From assembly GCA_964598945.1 (NCBI GenBank), contig CAZRDQ010000002.1, positions 1-54,517 on the forward strand: 54,517 nt of DNA, read 5' to 3'. Position 1 is the first letter of the stretch; each line of letters begins with the position of its first letter. This DNA comes from an uncultured Candidatus Bathyarchaeia archaeon (GTDB taxonomy: Archaea; Thermoproteota; Bathyarchaeia; 40CM-2-53-6; RBG-13-38-9). The notes beneath the pieces are model-generated. The model was not told where the DNA came from, made no database searches, and saw only the letters and a list, made by a program, of their open reading frames with translations. Shown piece by piece: positions 7,533 to 17,000 of the stretch. A program made the translations under genes and the position numbers.

Positions 7533-9902
7533 CTAGGTATTCGTTGCCAGTTTATCGTAGATCCTCAACTTCTCCAGTCCTGCCTCGATTCCCTTCTCTG
7601 CCTCCTTTACTTCATTCTCCATGAAGAACCTCTCCACCTCTTCGACCCTGCCAATCCCGAGAACAGGGATTGTTGCATACAGGACCCGTGATAGCCGTGC
7701 AGTGCCCTCATGAAGCTTTCTCAGAGTCTCAATGTTGACTTTGATCCATGTCCAAACCATGTCTCTGATGTTAGGGTTCATCGCTGCTGCAAGGACTGCA
7801 GACGCTACATCCTGCCTCTTGACCTCACCACTAAGGGCCCACCCAAGCGCCATGGCAACCAAAGATCTTTCACTAAAGTTCATCATAGCATTTAGCAGTC
7901 GAATCCTCTCCTCATCCGAATCCGCCGACCTATACTTCTTGACAACATTCTCAAAGTTGTTGAATGCCCTTGCGTATGCAATGGCAACCGCTTGCCGCAT
8001 ATCCGGCTCGACATTACCGTAATCCTTGAACTCGTCTGCCAGCTTCATAGCGTAGTTGTCATCGACCATGACTAGTCTTGCTGCCATTGTGCCACGCAAG
8101 ATCAGACTGTTCTCATCAGTCTTTCCAGTCAACACAGTAAGTTGTGATCTATGGAATTCCCTAGATGCCTCAGCAACTCTTGCAGGCATGACCAAGTGTA
8201 GGAATGTGAGTTGACTTGAAACTTCAAGCGCAGGAGCGTAGTCCTGTTCACTATAGTATCTCTTAACTAGGCTCAGGTAGTCGCTGAGCCGCATTCTTCC
8301 AGATACTAGAAAGGCCAGGGCATCGAACACTATTTGCCATTTGTCAAGCGCGGACAGATTGCTCTTCCAAACAGTGTCATAGAGCTCTTCGTAGTAGACC
8401 CTGTAGAAGCCCATACAGTCAAGGTTCAGTTTCAGAGATCCAACATCTCGGATATTCAGGATCTTCTCTTCAGCATCCAGCAACAGTCTGCTAGGCTGAC
8501 CTTGCAGTCCCATGGTCACAGGTATCGGCCAGGAATCTCTCTCGGAAACGCCTGAAAGCAGGAATCTCTCCTGCTTCAACATCAGCTGGTTGCCACTCAT
8601 CGTAACGGTTACTAGTGGGTATCCTGGTTTTCGTATCCACTCGCTCATGATCTTCCTTACCGATCTTCCTGAAGCTTCCTCAAGCGCAGACCAGAGGTCT
8701 TCTCCCCCAGCATTTGAGAACTGATGTTTAACCAGGTAGTCTCTTACTCCTTTCCTGAAGGATTCCTCTCCAACATAATTCTCGATCATTCGAAGTATGC
8801 ATGCGCCTTTGCCGTAGCTTATCTCATCGAATATCTGCGCTATCTCGCTTGGAGTCTTCACGTCAGTCTCTATGGGATGAGTGCTCTTCAGCGAGTCTCT
8901 GGACATGGCCTCGGAAGCCTGATTTACCAAGAAGTCTTGCCACGGCTTCCATTGTGGTGAGATCATCTCCATTACTTTGTAGGCCATGAATGTGGCGAAG
9001 CTCTCATTCAGCCACAGGTCGTTCCACCATTTCATCGTGACGAGGTTTCCGAACCATTGATGCGCCAGCTCGTGTGCAACGACTTCTGCCACCCTCTTCT
9101 TTGTTCTGGCGCTGCTCTTCTCATCAACCTGAAGTGCAGCTTCCCTGAAAGTCACGGCGCCCCAGTTCTCCATTGCGCCGGCAGCGAACTCTGGTACACT
9201 TATCAGGTGAAGTTTCGGGAGCATGTAAGGAATGTCAAAGTAGGATTGGTAGAATTCCATGCTTCTCTTGGCCACATCCAGGGCGAATTGCCCTCTTTTT
9301 GACTGGCCTGGGGTCGCGGCAACTATCAGATCAAAATTACCTAGCCTCTGCCTAATCTCTTCAAATTTGCCAACGCCCAGGTAGAAGAGGTACGTTGACA
9401 TTTTCGGGGTCTTCTGGAATGAGACTACCTTCTTATCACCCTCCATCCGCACGCTTTCAATAGGCATATTTGATATGGCATCCAGCTCTTTGTCGATCTT
9501 CAATGCCAGTTTGAATACAGCCTTGTAGCCAGGATGGTCGATGCACGGAAACATCCTTCTGGCATCAGCGGCTTCAAACTGAGTTGTTATCATATACTTG
9601 CTTTGATAGGGAGCCTTGTAGATCCCCATCAATGTGTCAGGAATAGATCCAGAATACCGGATTTCCACTGTACCGTTGAAAGGACCGGTCTTGATCTTGA
9701 GGCTCCCGTCTTTCTCCTGAAACAGTGCAAGCTTGTCGTTAGCAAGTGTCTCCAGAATTGTGAGACCCACGAAGTCTAGTACCACATCCTGTTCAGATTG
9801 AAGTTCTATCAGAACTTCTCCGTTGAACTTAAGGTTCCTGAAGTCCAGATCAACAAAAAGATCATAGCTTCTTACATTCATGGTGCTCAGCTGACCAATC
9901 AT
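7533..9902 (-). CDS. M1 family zinc aminopeptidase (aminopeptidase N / tricorn-interacting-factor-like)
   Basis: 789 aa. Contains GAMENWG, HELAHQWFGNLVT and WLNESFA. Confidence 0.92.
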   Translation of the reverse strand: MIGQLSTMNVRSYDLFVDLDFRNLKFNGEVLIELQSEQDVVLDFVGLTILETLANDKLALFQEKDGSLKIKTGPFNGTVEIRYSGSIPDTLMGIYKAPYQSKYMITTQFEAADARRMFPCIDHPGYKAVFKLALKIDKELDAISNMPIESVRMEGDKKVVSFQKTPKMSTYLFYLGVGKFEEIRQRLGNFDLIVAATPGQSKRGQFALDVAKRSMEFYQSYFDIPYMLPKLHLISVPEFAAGAMENWGAVTFREAALQVDEKSSARTKKRVAEVVAHELAHQWFGNLVTMKWWNDLWLNESFATFMAYKVMEMISPQWKPWQDFLVNQASEAMSRDSLKSTHPIETDVKTPSEIAQIFDEISYGKGACILRMIENYVGEESFRKGVRDYLVKHQFSNAGGEDLWSALEEASGRSVRKIMSEWIRKPGYPLVTVTMSGNQLMLKQERFLLSGVSERDSWPIPVTMGLQGQPSRLLLDAEEKILNIRDVGSLKLNLDCMGFYRVYYEELYDTVWKSNLSALDKWQIVFDALAFLVSGRMRLSDYLSLVKRYYSEQDYAPALEVSSQLTFLHLVMPARVAEASREFHRSQLTVLTGKTDENSLILRGTMAARLVMVDDNYAMKLADEFKDYGNVEPDMRQAVAIAYARAFNNFENVVKKYRSADSDEERIRLLNAMMNFSERSLVAMALGWALSGEVKRQDVASAVLAAAMNPNIRDMVWTWIKVNIETLRKLHEGTARLSRVLYATIPVLGIGRVEEVERFFMENEVKEAEKGIEAGLEKLRIYDKLATNT

Positions 9903-10253
9903 TCATAAAAGAGTTTGGCAACTAATGTTCATGAAGACTTATGTTGAGGAGACAATTTCTTGACTATAACCAACTCCTTAGTCGGTTCCATTTGAGCGCC
10001 TTAGCGCGTGCTGGGCTTTTCGTCGCACTTCACGCAAAGCCAAGCTGTCACCTTCACCCAAGATGGTTAGATGGCGGACCTATTTAGAACCTAGTCAGTC
10101 ACAAAAGCGAGTGTCCAGGGCGGAGAAATGCACTTTCTTGCCTTGCCTCTTTATGTGACTACATCTAGAAGAATGGCAGACCCCAACAATGATCTCCAGA
10201 ATAGGCGCATCTACCGGTCTGACTGTTGAAGATTCTTATCTTAGAATATCACA

Positions 10254-10514
10254 ATGGATGATTCAGGAGGCGCCAGAGTAATGGAGTCTAAGATAGCGAC
10301 ATTGCGCAGGGAACTAGATGGACTCTGTGTAAGAGTGAACAAACGATTGAAAGAGATGGGAGATAAAGATCTGATGACCTATCGGTCGGATCCACAGATA
10401 AAGAGCCTACAATCAGAGATATGCAAAGTCTACTGTGAGAGTGTGAACGCATGCAAGACCTATGGGGAGGCTGAGAGGTCTGTGAAGTCTTCAGGGAGTA
10501 CCCTGAGTGCTTGA
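10254..10514 (+). CDS. hypothetical small protein
   Basis: 86-aa ORF in an otherwise non-coding 0.77 kb gap. No recognisable motif. Confidence 0.3.
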   Translation: MDDSGGARVMESKIATLRRELDGLCVRVNKRLKEMGDKDLMTYRSDPQIKSLQSEICKVYCESVNACKTYGEAERSVKSSGSTLSA

Positions 10515-10640
10515 ACCAACTCATGCTTTCAGAGGAAGTTGCGTGTCCAATTATAGGTTGAGTATGCTGCAGAACTTTAGTGAGTTTGTGATCTGAACCT
10601 CTTTTTCTCAGTGGAAATCCATTTACAACAATCCCATAAC

Positions 10641-10677
10641 GTGCCGTTCCAAGACCGGATCTCTCCTTGGAAACGCA
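10641..10677 (-). terminator. stem-loop immediately 3' of the methyltransferase stop
   Basis: GTGCCGTTCCAAG (10641-10653) pairs with CTTGGAAACGCAC (10666-10678) with one bulged A and a 12-nt loop. It abuts the TAG at 10678-10680. Confidence 0.3.
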
Positions 10678-11895
10678 CTAGCGTTTCGTGAAACGTGCGA
10701 TGAAGTACCCGACTCCATGCTTGGCTGGATCAAACCTCTGCAGTAAGGAGGCTTCATCACCGAAGCCTCTAAGGCCGCCCCCTCCTAGGCGGAGCCTTTG
10801 CTCTGAGAGGCTTAATCGAAGCTTCTCTAAACCATATTTTACGACTTCCTCACATTCCTGTCTGGTGATCGTACAGACACTGTACACTATAGATCCGCCT
10901 TCTTTGGTTATTCTTGAGGCTGCGCTTAGAAACTGCTTCTGGTAGTCAGCAAGGTTCTGGATCGATCTCTTTGAGGCATCTACGTACAGTTTTGGGACGA
11001 GTCCAAGAGCGCTGCACGGAGGATCGACAAGGCACTTGTCAGCCTGCAGGTCAGGGTAGTCGATATCAAGATATCTTGCGTCATGAGAGATTAAAGTCAC
11101 GTTGCTGCATCCCAACCTCTGGAGGTTTCTTCTAGCGATCTCGATCTTCTTCGAATTCCTGTCAACACCTATTACTCTGCCAACGTTCTTCATCAGTTGT
11201 GATATGTGGGAGAGCTTTCCGCCAGGAGAGCAGTTCAGGTCAATTATCGTCTCCGTTGGCTGAGGATCCAGAACCCTTGACGTGACCATAGCCGGTAGCG
11301 ACTGAGGATAGAGCAATCCCTTCTCATACTCTTCGGTCTCCCTTAGGCTAGCCGCGGTACATGGGTGAGGTTACCTCCACTGCGAGGCCTTTCCTTAATG
11401 TGAGAATCTCAGTCTCGCTCATCCGCATTACTCCAGCGCCCACGATTTGGTTGTGAGTATCTGTGATCGCGACCTCGTCGCCGCGATGCAATTTTGAGCA
11501 CTTCAATACCGCTGGAGCGTATACGTGCGCGCCTTGCAGAACGGACTCGGCAGCGAACTTATCGACCACTATCCTCTTCTTTACATCAGGGATCTGGAAA
11601 GGCCCCTCGACATGTGTGAAGGCCGCTTCAGGGATCTGGTCGAACCGGTGTAGCTCCACACCCCGTGAATGAAAACTGCTAATCAGATCTTCGGGGGTGG
11701 TCTTTAGAGTGTTAACTCTCAGAAAATATCTCTGGCCTGGAATCTTGAGAGACCGAACGACCTGTTCCACGTCATCGCCGAAGACTTCTCTTAGCGCCTC
11801 GATCGCGTCTGCTGAGAAGAGGTACTTGTCTGCAAGCTCTCTGGTCAGGCTTTCCAGTTTTCGAATTCCTCACTAGACTCCGAACTCTTCAGCAT
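10678..11895 (-). pseudogene. PUA-domain NOL1/NOP2/Sun-family RNA (cytosine-C5) methyltransferase, reading frame broken at one certain and one probable site
   Basis: ORF 11348..11770 gives the N-terminal and PUA part (RYFLRVNTLK..VLQGAHVYAPAVL..GDEVAI). ORF 10678..11316 gives the MTase part (DLNCSPGGK, LVDPPCSALG, YSVCT). The downstream frame is open back to 11370 and reads CTAASLRETEEYEKGLLYPQS. An ATG at 11895 opens a third frame that joins near the T-run at 11858-11861. Confidence 0.7.
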
Positions 11896-11962
11896 CCGAA
11901 CCGTGGGATCTCAACAATCTTCATAAGGTTCTTGATCTTCTCAAGTCTTGAGGTTTCCTTAG

Positions 11963-12403
11963 TTGTCGCGCGTAGGCGTACACGGCAAGGGAGAACTATC
12001 GATCCAGAGCCTTCTTGACTTCATAAAGGCTAATGAGAGGTCCAAGGAGGTGGGTGGAGTCGCCTGCTTCTTCGGATTCGTTAAGGGATTCACAGATGAG
12101 AATAAGGAGGTTACCTCGCTTGAGTTGGAGGTGTACAAGGAGCGGGCTGAGGAGACGTTCCGTAAGATCTCAGAAGACATCAAGACTCGCCCCGGAATAG
12201 TTGACTGCCTCATCCACCATGTCACAGGTAAGCTTGACCTTGGAGACCTGATCTTTGTCGTCATGGTTGCCGGCAGATCCAGGAAGGACGTCTTCCCCGC
12301 CCTTGTCGAGGCGGTTGAGCGTGCCAAGCGTGAGGCAGCGATATGGAAGAAGGAGAGTCTCGCGACTGGGGAGTCTTACTGGGTCGAGTACGGACAAGAA
12401 TAA
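11963..12403 (+). CDS. moaE: molybdopterin synthase catalytic subunit MoaE-like
   Basis: 146 aa with a TTG start. Contains GGVACFFGFVKG and HHVTGKLDLGDLIFVVMVAGRSRKDVFPALVEAVERAKREAAIWKKE, which matches the MoaE signature ending in IWKKE. Confidence 0.75.
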   Translation: MSRVGVHGKGELSIQSLLDFIKANERSKEVGGVACFFGFVKGFTDENKEVTSLELEVYKERAEETFRKISEDIKTRPGIVDCLIHHVTGKLDLGDLIFVVMVAGRSRKDVFPALVEAVERAKREAAIWKKESLATGESYWVEYGQE

Positions 12404-12443
12404 AGAAGTGGAGATGACGCATCACTGCGTCATCTAAACAGGT

Positions 12444-12956
12444 TTAGAATCTTCTTCTGGAACCGAACCTTCTGTAGCCTCTTCCTCTATCTCCTCGGTC
12501 GTCCCCACCGTACCGCGGCCTGAAGCTGAAACGCCGCTGCTCCTCGTACTGTTTGTCTGAGAGGTTATTCGAGGTATTCACGGTGGAGATCGTCTGGCTT
12601 GAAGGTGCGAGGCTTCCATACCTGCCTATGTTCAGTCGCATTGAACCCTTGAACAAGGAGATGTACGCGTTCTTGACGTCAAGGACGGATTCCTCCTTCA
12701 CGCTCTCGATATTGTCATCCCAGAGGGTCAGGTATATCGCGGCGGTCTCATCGCCCACAAGGGCATCAGTCACTTTGTGAACTGAGCCGTCCCTTCTTGA
12801 GATAGTTTCTCTTACTGGACTCTTCGAGACAACCTTCACGACAGTGTTTACTTGTCTCGAGTTTGGAGTCAGGCTCTCTACTTTCACGAACTCCGCAGGT
12901 TCCGAACTGCCTGCTGCTTTTGGAGTTCCGCTTTCTGGAGTTTCTTCAAACGACAT
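12444..12956 (-). CDS. ssb: crenarchaeal-type single-stranded DNA-binding protein (single OB fold, RG-rich tail)
   Basis: LVGDETAAIYLTLWDDN..VKNAYISLFKGSMRLNIG closely parallels Sulfolobus SSB (IVGDETGRVKLTLW..ENAWTTAFKGQVQLNAG). C-terminal tail is GGDDRGDRGRGYRRFGSRRRF. Confidence 0.85.
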   Translation of the reverse strand: MSFEETPESGTPKAAGSSEPAEFVKVESLTPNSRQVNTVVKVVSKSPVRETISRRDGSVHKVTDALVGDETAAIYLTLWDDNIESVKEESVLDVKNAYISLFKGSMRLNIGRYGSLAPSSQTISTVNTSNNLSDKQYEEQRRFSFRPRYGGDDRGDRGRGYRRFGSRRRF

Positions 12957-12970
12957 CTTACTTACTCTCG

Positions 12971-12978
12971 CTTATATA
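12971..12978. promoter_or_regulatory. TATA-box-like element in the divergent ssb / nitroreductase spacer
   Basis: CTTATATA lies 15 nt from the ssb ATG (12956) and 67 nt from the nitroreductase TTG (13045). It is near-palindromic, so it could serve either direction. Confidence 0.4.
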
Positions 12979-13044
12979 GCACAAGACCACTCAGCAACCG
13001 CGCACTTAAGAGTTTCCCAAAAGACCACGTTCGAGGCGAACCTG

Positions 13045-13656
13045 TTGGATGTGCTAGAAGCCATACAGAGAAGACGAAGCATCCGAAGACTCAAGAATAC
13101 CCCCTTGTCAGACGACAAGATTGAAACGCTCATCGAAGCAGCACGACTTGCGCCTTCCGGCTCAAACATTCAGCCATGGAGATTCATCATCGTAAAGGAC
13201 GAGCAGCTAAAGACTGAGCTGTGCAGAGCAGTTTTCAATCAGGAGTTCGTCAGGGATGCACCCGTAGTTATCGTGTGTTGCGGCGACCTGCTGTCATGGA
13301 AAAGAGCAAAAGATCAGACTCAAGAGCTGATCAACAGAGACGACATTCATCTCAACAAGGAATCCGAGAAAGCGCTCATGGAGCGTGCGGAAAGAGCCGC
13401 CTCGGCTGAAATGCATGAGCGGATACCCACAACAATGCTTAATGTCGCAATAGCCGTAGAGCATATGGTACTGGAGGCTGTTGAGCTGGGTCTGGGCTCC
13501 TGCTGGGTAAGACTCTTCGATGAAAAGAAAGTAAAGCAAGCCATGGGTCTGCCTGACAACATGTATGTGGTGGCTCTTCTTCCGGTAGGAATTCCTGATG
13601 AGGAACCAGAAGCTAGGCCAAGGTTGCCCAGGTCTACCATCGCATGGAGCGCGTGA
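13045..13656 (+). CDS. nitroreductase family protein
   Basis: From the TTG at 13045 it reads MDVLEAIQRRRSIRRLKNTPLSDDKIETLIEAARLAPSGSNIQPWRFIIV, a classic nitroreductase N-terminus. The ORF-track start at 12844 overlaps ssb on the other strand and is unlikely. Confidence 0.85.
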   Translation: MDVLEAIQRRRSIRRLKNTPLSDDKIETLIEAARLAPSGSNIQPWRFIIVKDEQLKTELCRAVFNQEFVRDAPVVIVCCGDLLSWKRAKDQTQELINRDDIHLNKESEKALMERAERAASAEMHERIPTTMLNVAIAVEHMVLEAVELGLGSCWVRLFDEKKVKQAMGLPDNMYVVALLPVGIPDEEPEARPRLPRSTIAWSA

Positions 13657-13752
13657 GACAGATCACGTCAGCTAAGGCTTTCGTTCTAATAATTCGAGCC
13701 TCTTAGACCCTGAGAAATACGTTCAGTTCAGCCAATAAACTCTCCAAAAGAC

Positions 13753-15210
13753 TCAGTTGACTTTCTCAGCTTGAAGATTCTTCAGTTTATCCTTTATGAT
13801 CAGGTTGGCAAGCTGAGGGTCAGCCTTTCCCCCCGTTTCCTTCATCAACTGACCTACTAGGAATCGTATCGCCTTCTCATCCTTGAGTGCGTCCCTTACC
13901 GCTTCAGGGTTTGAAGCGAATATCTTCTCAGTTAGTTTCCTCAGATGCTCTTCATCACCGATCCTCTTCATCGACTTCTCTTCGATTATCTGGTTTGGAA
14001 GTTTCCCCGTTAGCAGCATTTCTTCGAGAACATCTTTCGCGATCTTCCCACTTATAGTTCCATTATCGATGAGTTCAAGCATAGAGACCATATGCTCAGG
14101 CGTGATCTTTGATTCTCTCAGCTCAAGATCCATCTCATAAAGGTACGATAGAAGATCTCCCACAAGCCAGTTACTGAGCAGATCAGGTCTTTTGTAGTTC
14201 TTGACGCACTCCTCAAAGAACTCCGCAAGTGCCTTATTCTCGGTGAGAACCTCGGCATTCTGCTGGGATATGCCATACTGAGCCATGAGCCTCTGTTTGT
14301 GGCTCTCAGGAAGCTCAGGCATAGCCGCCTTTCCGCTCTCGACCTGCTCTGATGTGATCACCACCGGAACGAGATCAGGTTCAGGGAAGTACCTGTAGTC
14401 CTCCTCTTCCTCCTTGACCCTCAGTGAGATAGTGATCCTTCTGGTCTCATCCCAGTGCCTTGTCTCTCGGCCTACCCGCATCCCTTTCCTGAGCAGGTTC
14501 CTCTGCCTTGTGATCTCGAAGTTCAAGGCCCGCTCAACCTCTTTGAAGGATGATATGTTCTTGATCTCGACCCTTGTTCCACCCTCGATCGAGATGTTAG
14601 CGTCACACCTCATAGATCCCTCAAGCTCTCCACTCGAGACGCCAAGGTGCTCAAGGATCGACCGCAACTTCTGGAGAAAGATCCTTGCTTCTCGTGGAGA
14701 GTTCATGTCAGGCTCAGTGACTATCTCAGCCAGAGTCACTCCTGCCCTATTGTAGTCCACCAGAGCCGCTCGTGAAGTCTCTATGGTTCCTTCGTAGCTG
14801 AGCTTGCCAGGATCCTCCTCAAGCTGCAATCTTGTGATGTGAACGATCTTTCCACCGTCCAGTTGCATCGATCCATTCCTGGCGATCGGGATGCCGCCCG
14901 CCTTGTCATACTGAGAGATCTGGAAGTTCTTCGGCATATCCGGATAGAAGTAGTTCTTCCTGTAGAAGAGTGTCCTTGGACTTATCTCCATGTTCAATGC
15001 AAGAGCGATCAGAACCGCGTCCTCGACCGCTTTCCTGTTAACTACAGGCAGGGTGCCCGGCACTCCCATACAGACAGGACAGATATGTGTGTTCGGCTCG
15101 CTCTGCCTGTAGTCCGCCGAGCAGCTGCAGAATAGCTTGCTCTTCAGATTGGTCAGTTGGCAGTGGACCTCAAGCCCAATCTTTATCTTAAGATCAACGA
15201 CCTCTTGCAT
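13753..15210 (-). CDS. gatB: Asp-tRNA(Asn)/Glu-tRNA(Gln) amidotransferase subunit B
   Basis: 485 aa. Contains KIGLEVHCQL, ICPVCMGVPGTLPV and DYRYFPEPDL. Confidence 0.95.
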   Translation of the reverse strand: MQEVVDLKIKIGLEVHCQLTNLKSKLFCSCSADYRQSEPNTHICPVCMGVPGTLPVVNRKAVEDAVLIALALNMEISPRTLFYRKNYFYPDMPKNFQISQYDKAGGIPIARNGSMQLDGGKIVHITRLQLEEDPGKLSYEGTIETSRAALVDYNRAGVTLAEIVTEPDMNSPREARIFLQKLRSILEHLGVSSGELEGSMRCDANISIEGGTRVEIKNISSFKEVERALNFEITRQRNLLRKGMRVGRETRHWDETRRITISLRVKEEEEDYRYFPEPDLVPVVITSEQVESGKAAMPELPESHKQRLMAQYGISQQNAEVLTENKALAEFFEECVKNYKRPDLLSNWLVGDLLSYLYEMDLELRESKITPEHMVSMLELIDNGTISGKIAKDVLEEMLLTGKLPNQIIEEKSMKRIGDEEHLRKLTEKIFASNPEAVRDALKDEKAIRFLVGQLMKETGGKADPQLANLIIKDKLKNLQAEKVN

Positions 15211-15221
15211 AGCTTAGTCCT

Positions 15222-16694
15222 CTAGATCTTCAGTTTCAAGTCTATCTGACCGAGGTTCTTTTCCAGCGTGTACGCGGCTCTTATGAGAAGATCCTCCCTG
15301 AAGGCCGGAGCCATTATCTGTACGCCTATCGGTAGGCCCTGGCTTGAGCCGCATGGGACCGATACTGCAGGGATACCTGCAAGATTCGCGACAACGGTGT
15401 CCACATCACACATGTACATCTCAAGAGGATCAAGCAACTTCTCTTTGAGCCTGAAGGGAAGGATAGGCATCGTCGGCGCTACCAGCAACTCAAGATTCTT
15501 GAAGGCCCCTGCCAACTCCTGTCTTATCAGTGTCCTGACTCTCTGAGCCTTCAGATAGTACTCGTCATAGTAGCCTGCTGAGAGAGCAAACGTCCCAAGC
15601 ATTATCCTCCTCTTGACCTCGGGCCCGAATCCGGATCTCCTGTTTCTTGAGAAGGCCGTGCTCCAGTCATATCCCTCATCCTTGAGCCTGAAGCCGTATC
15701 TTAACCCGTCATATCGTGCAAGGTTCGAGCTTGCCTCAGACATAGCGATAATATAGTACGAGGCCAGCGCGTAATCCAAGCTCTCAAGCTTGATCTCGGT
15801 GCAGGATGCCCCTAGCCCCTCAAGCTTTGTAATGGCATTCCAGATGGTCTTGGCGACGCTCTTGTCAGTTCCCCTGCCGAAGAATTCCTCTGGGACCCCT
15901 ATCCTCATCCCAGCAACGTTCTCAACCAGATGTTTACTGAGATTTGACTGACCTGTATTGATTGAGGTGCTATCACGATCATCATGTCCAGCTATGCAGT
16001 CTGTGAGCAACGCCACGTCAGCCACGTTCTTTGTTATCGGCGATATCTGCTCCAGACTGTTCGCGTAGGCGATCAGACCATACCTACTGATGAGACCATA
16101 AGTTGGTTTGAGTCCAACGACATTGCAGAAGCTTGCTGGGCACCTGACCGAGCCTCCAGTGTCCGATCCCAAAGCGAGCGTGGCCTCCAGAGCAGCCACG
16201 GCAGCTGCGCTTCCCCCTGAGGAGCCGCCAGGCACCCTTCTCAGGTCATATGGGTTGAGCGTCGGTCCGAATCGGCTGTGCTCGGTGGACGATCCCATGG
16301 CGAACTCGTCCATGTTCGTCTTTCCAACGATTATGGCATCTTGTGACTTGAGTCGCTGAACGACCGTTGCGTCATACGGGGGTACGAAGCTGTCAAGCGT
16401 CTTTGAGGCACAAGTAGTTCTCACACTCATGGTGCAGACATTATCCTTGACCGCAACCGCCACACCAGCTAGGGAACCGACATTCTCATCTTTGCGGATC
16501 TTGGCATCTACTTCACGACCTTTCTCAAGAGCTGAACTCTCAGTCAGAGTTATGAATGCATGAACCTTCTTCTCGACTCTTTCTATCCTCTCGTAGCACT
16601 TGCTGATGTACTCTTCAGCAGTAACCTCCTGCGTCCTGATCTTCTTGACCAGCTCTGAGGCGGGGAGCTCTAGGATACCTGACATGACTGTCAA
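15222..16694 (-). CDS. gatA: Asp-tRNA(Asn)/Glu-tRNA(Gln) amidotransferase subunit A
   Basis: 490 aa. Amidase signature GGSSGGSAAAVAA and KDNVCT. Confidence 0.95.
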   Translation of the reverse strand: MTVMSGILELPASELVKKIRTQEVTAEEYISKCYERIERVEKKVHAFITLTESSALEKGREVDAKIRKDENVGSLAGVAVAVKDNVCTMSVRTTCASKTLDSFVPPYDATVVQRLKSQDAIIVGKTNMDEFAMGSSTEHSRFGPTLNPYDLRRVPGGSSGGSAAAVAALEATLALGSDTGGSVRCPASFCNVVGLKPTYGLISRYGLIAYANSLEQISPITKNVADVALLTDCIAGHDDRDSTSINTGQSNLSKHLVENVAGMRIGVPEEFFGRGTDKSVAKTIWNAITKLEGLGASCTEIKLESLDYALASYYIIAMSEASSNLARYDGLRYGFRLKDEGYDWSTAFSRNRRSGFGPEVKRRIMLGTFALSAGYYDEYYLKAQRVRTLIRQELAGAFKNLELLVAPTMPILPFRLKEKLLDPLEMYMCDVDTVVANLAGIPAVSVPCGSSQGLPIGVQIMAPAFREDLLIRAAYTLEKNLGQIDLKLKI

Positions 16695-16988
16695 CTAGAC
16701 GATTCTTGGGGCCTTGACAAACCTGTCCTTCTTGAGTGGCACTATCTCCAGGAGTCTATCTGGGGGTGTGGGCTGCGGCTCATCCTCTCTCGTGACATTC
16801 ACTACATCAGCAACATGGTAAGTGGGGGGGATCCCGTGTGTGTCTGCGTCATCGAGTTTCCTGAAGTACCTTAGGATCTCGTTCATCTCCTTTGCGTACT
16901 TCTGCTCCTCGGCCTTGGAGATCTTGATCCTTGCGAGCCAGGCCAGGTGCCTGACTTGTTCTCTAGTTATCTGCTTGTCTTTGACCAT
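16695..16988 (-). CDS. gatC: Asp-tRNA(Asn)/Glu-tRNA(Gln) amidotransferase subunit C
   Basis: 97 aa. Abuts the gatA start with no gap. Sequence VRHLAWLARIKISKAEEQKY is typical of GatC. Confidence 0.85.
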   Translation of the reverse strand: MVKDKQITREQVRHLAWLARIKISKAEEQKYAKEMNEILRYFRKLDDADTHGIPPTYHVADVVNVTREDEPQPTPPDRLLEIVPLKKDRFVKAPRIV

Positions 16989-17000
16989 ACTGAGCCACGA

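Noticed and set aside
12844-13044. N-terminal 67-codon extension of the nitroreductase ORF.
   Set aside because: It overlaps the ssb coding region on the opposite strand. The in-frame TTG at 13045 yields the canonical MDVLEAI.RRRSIR start.
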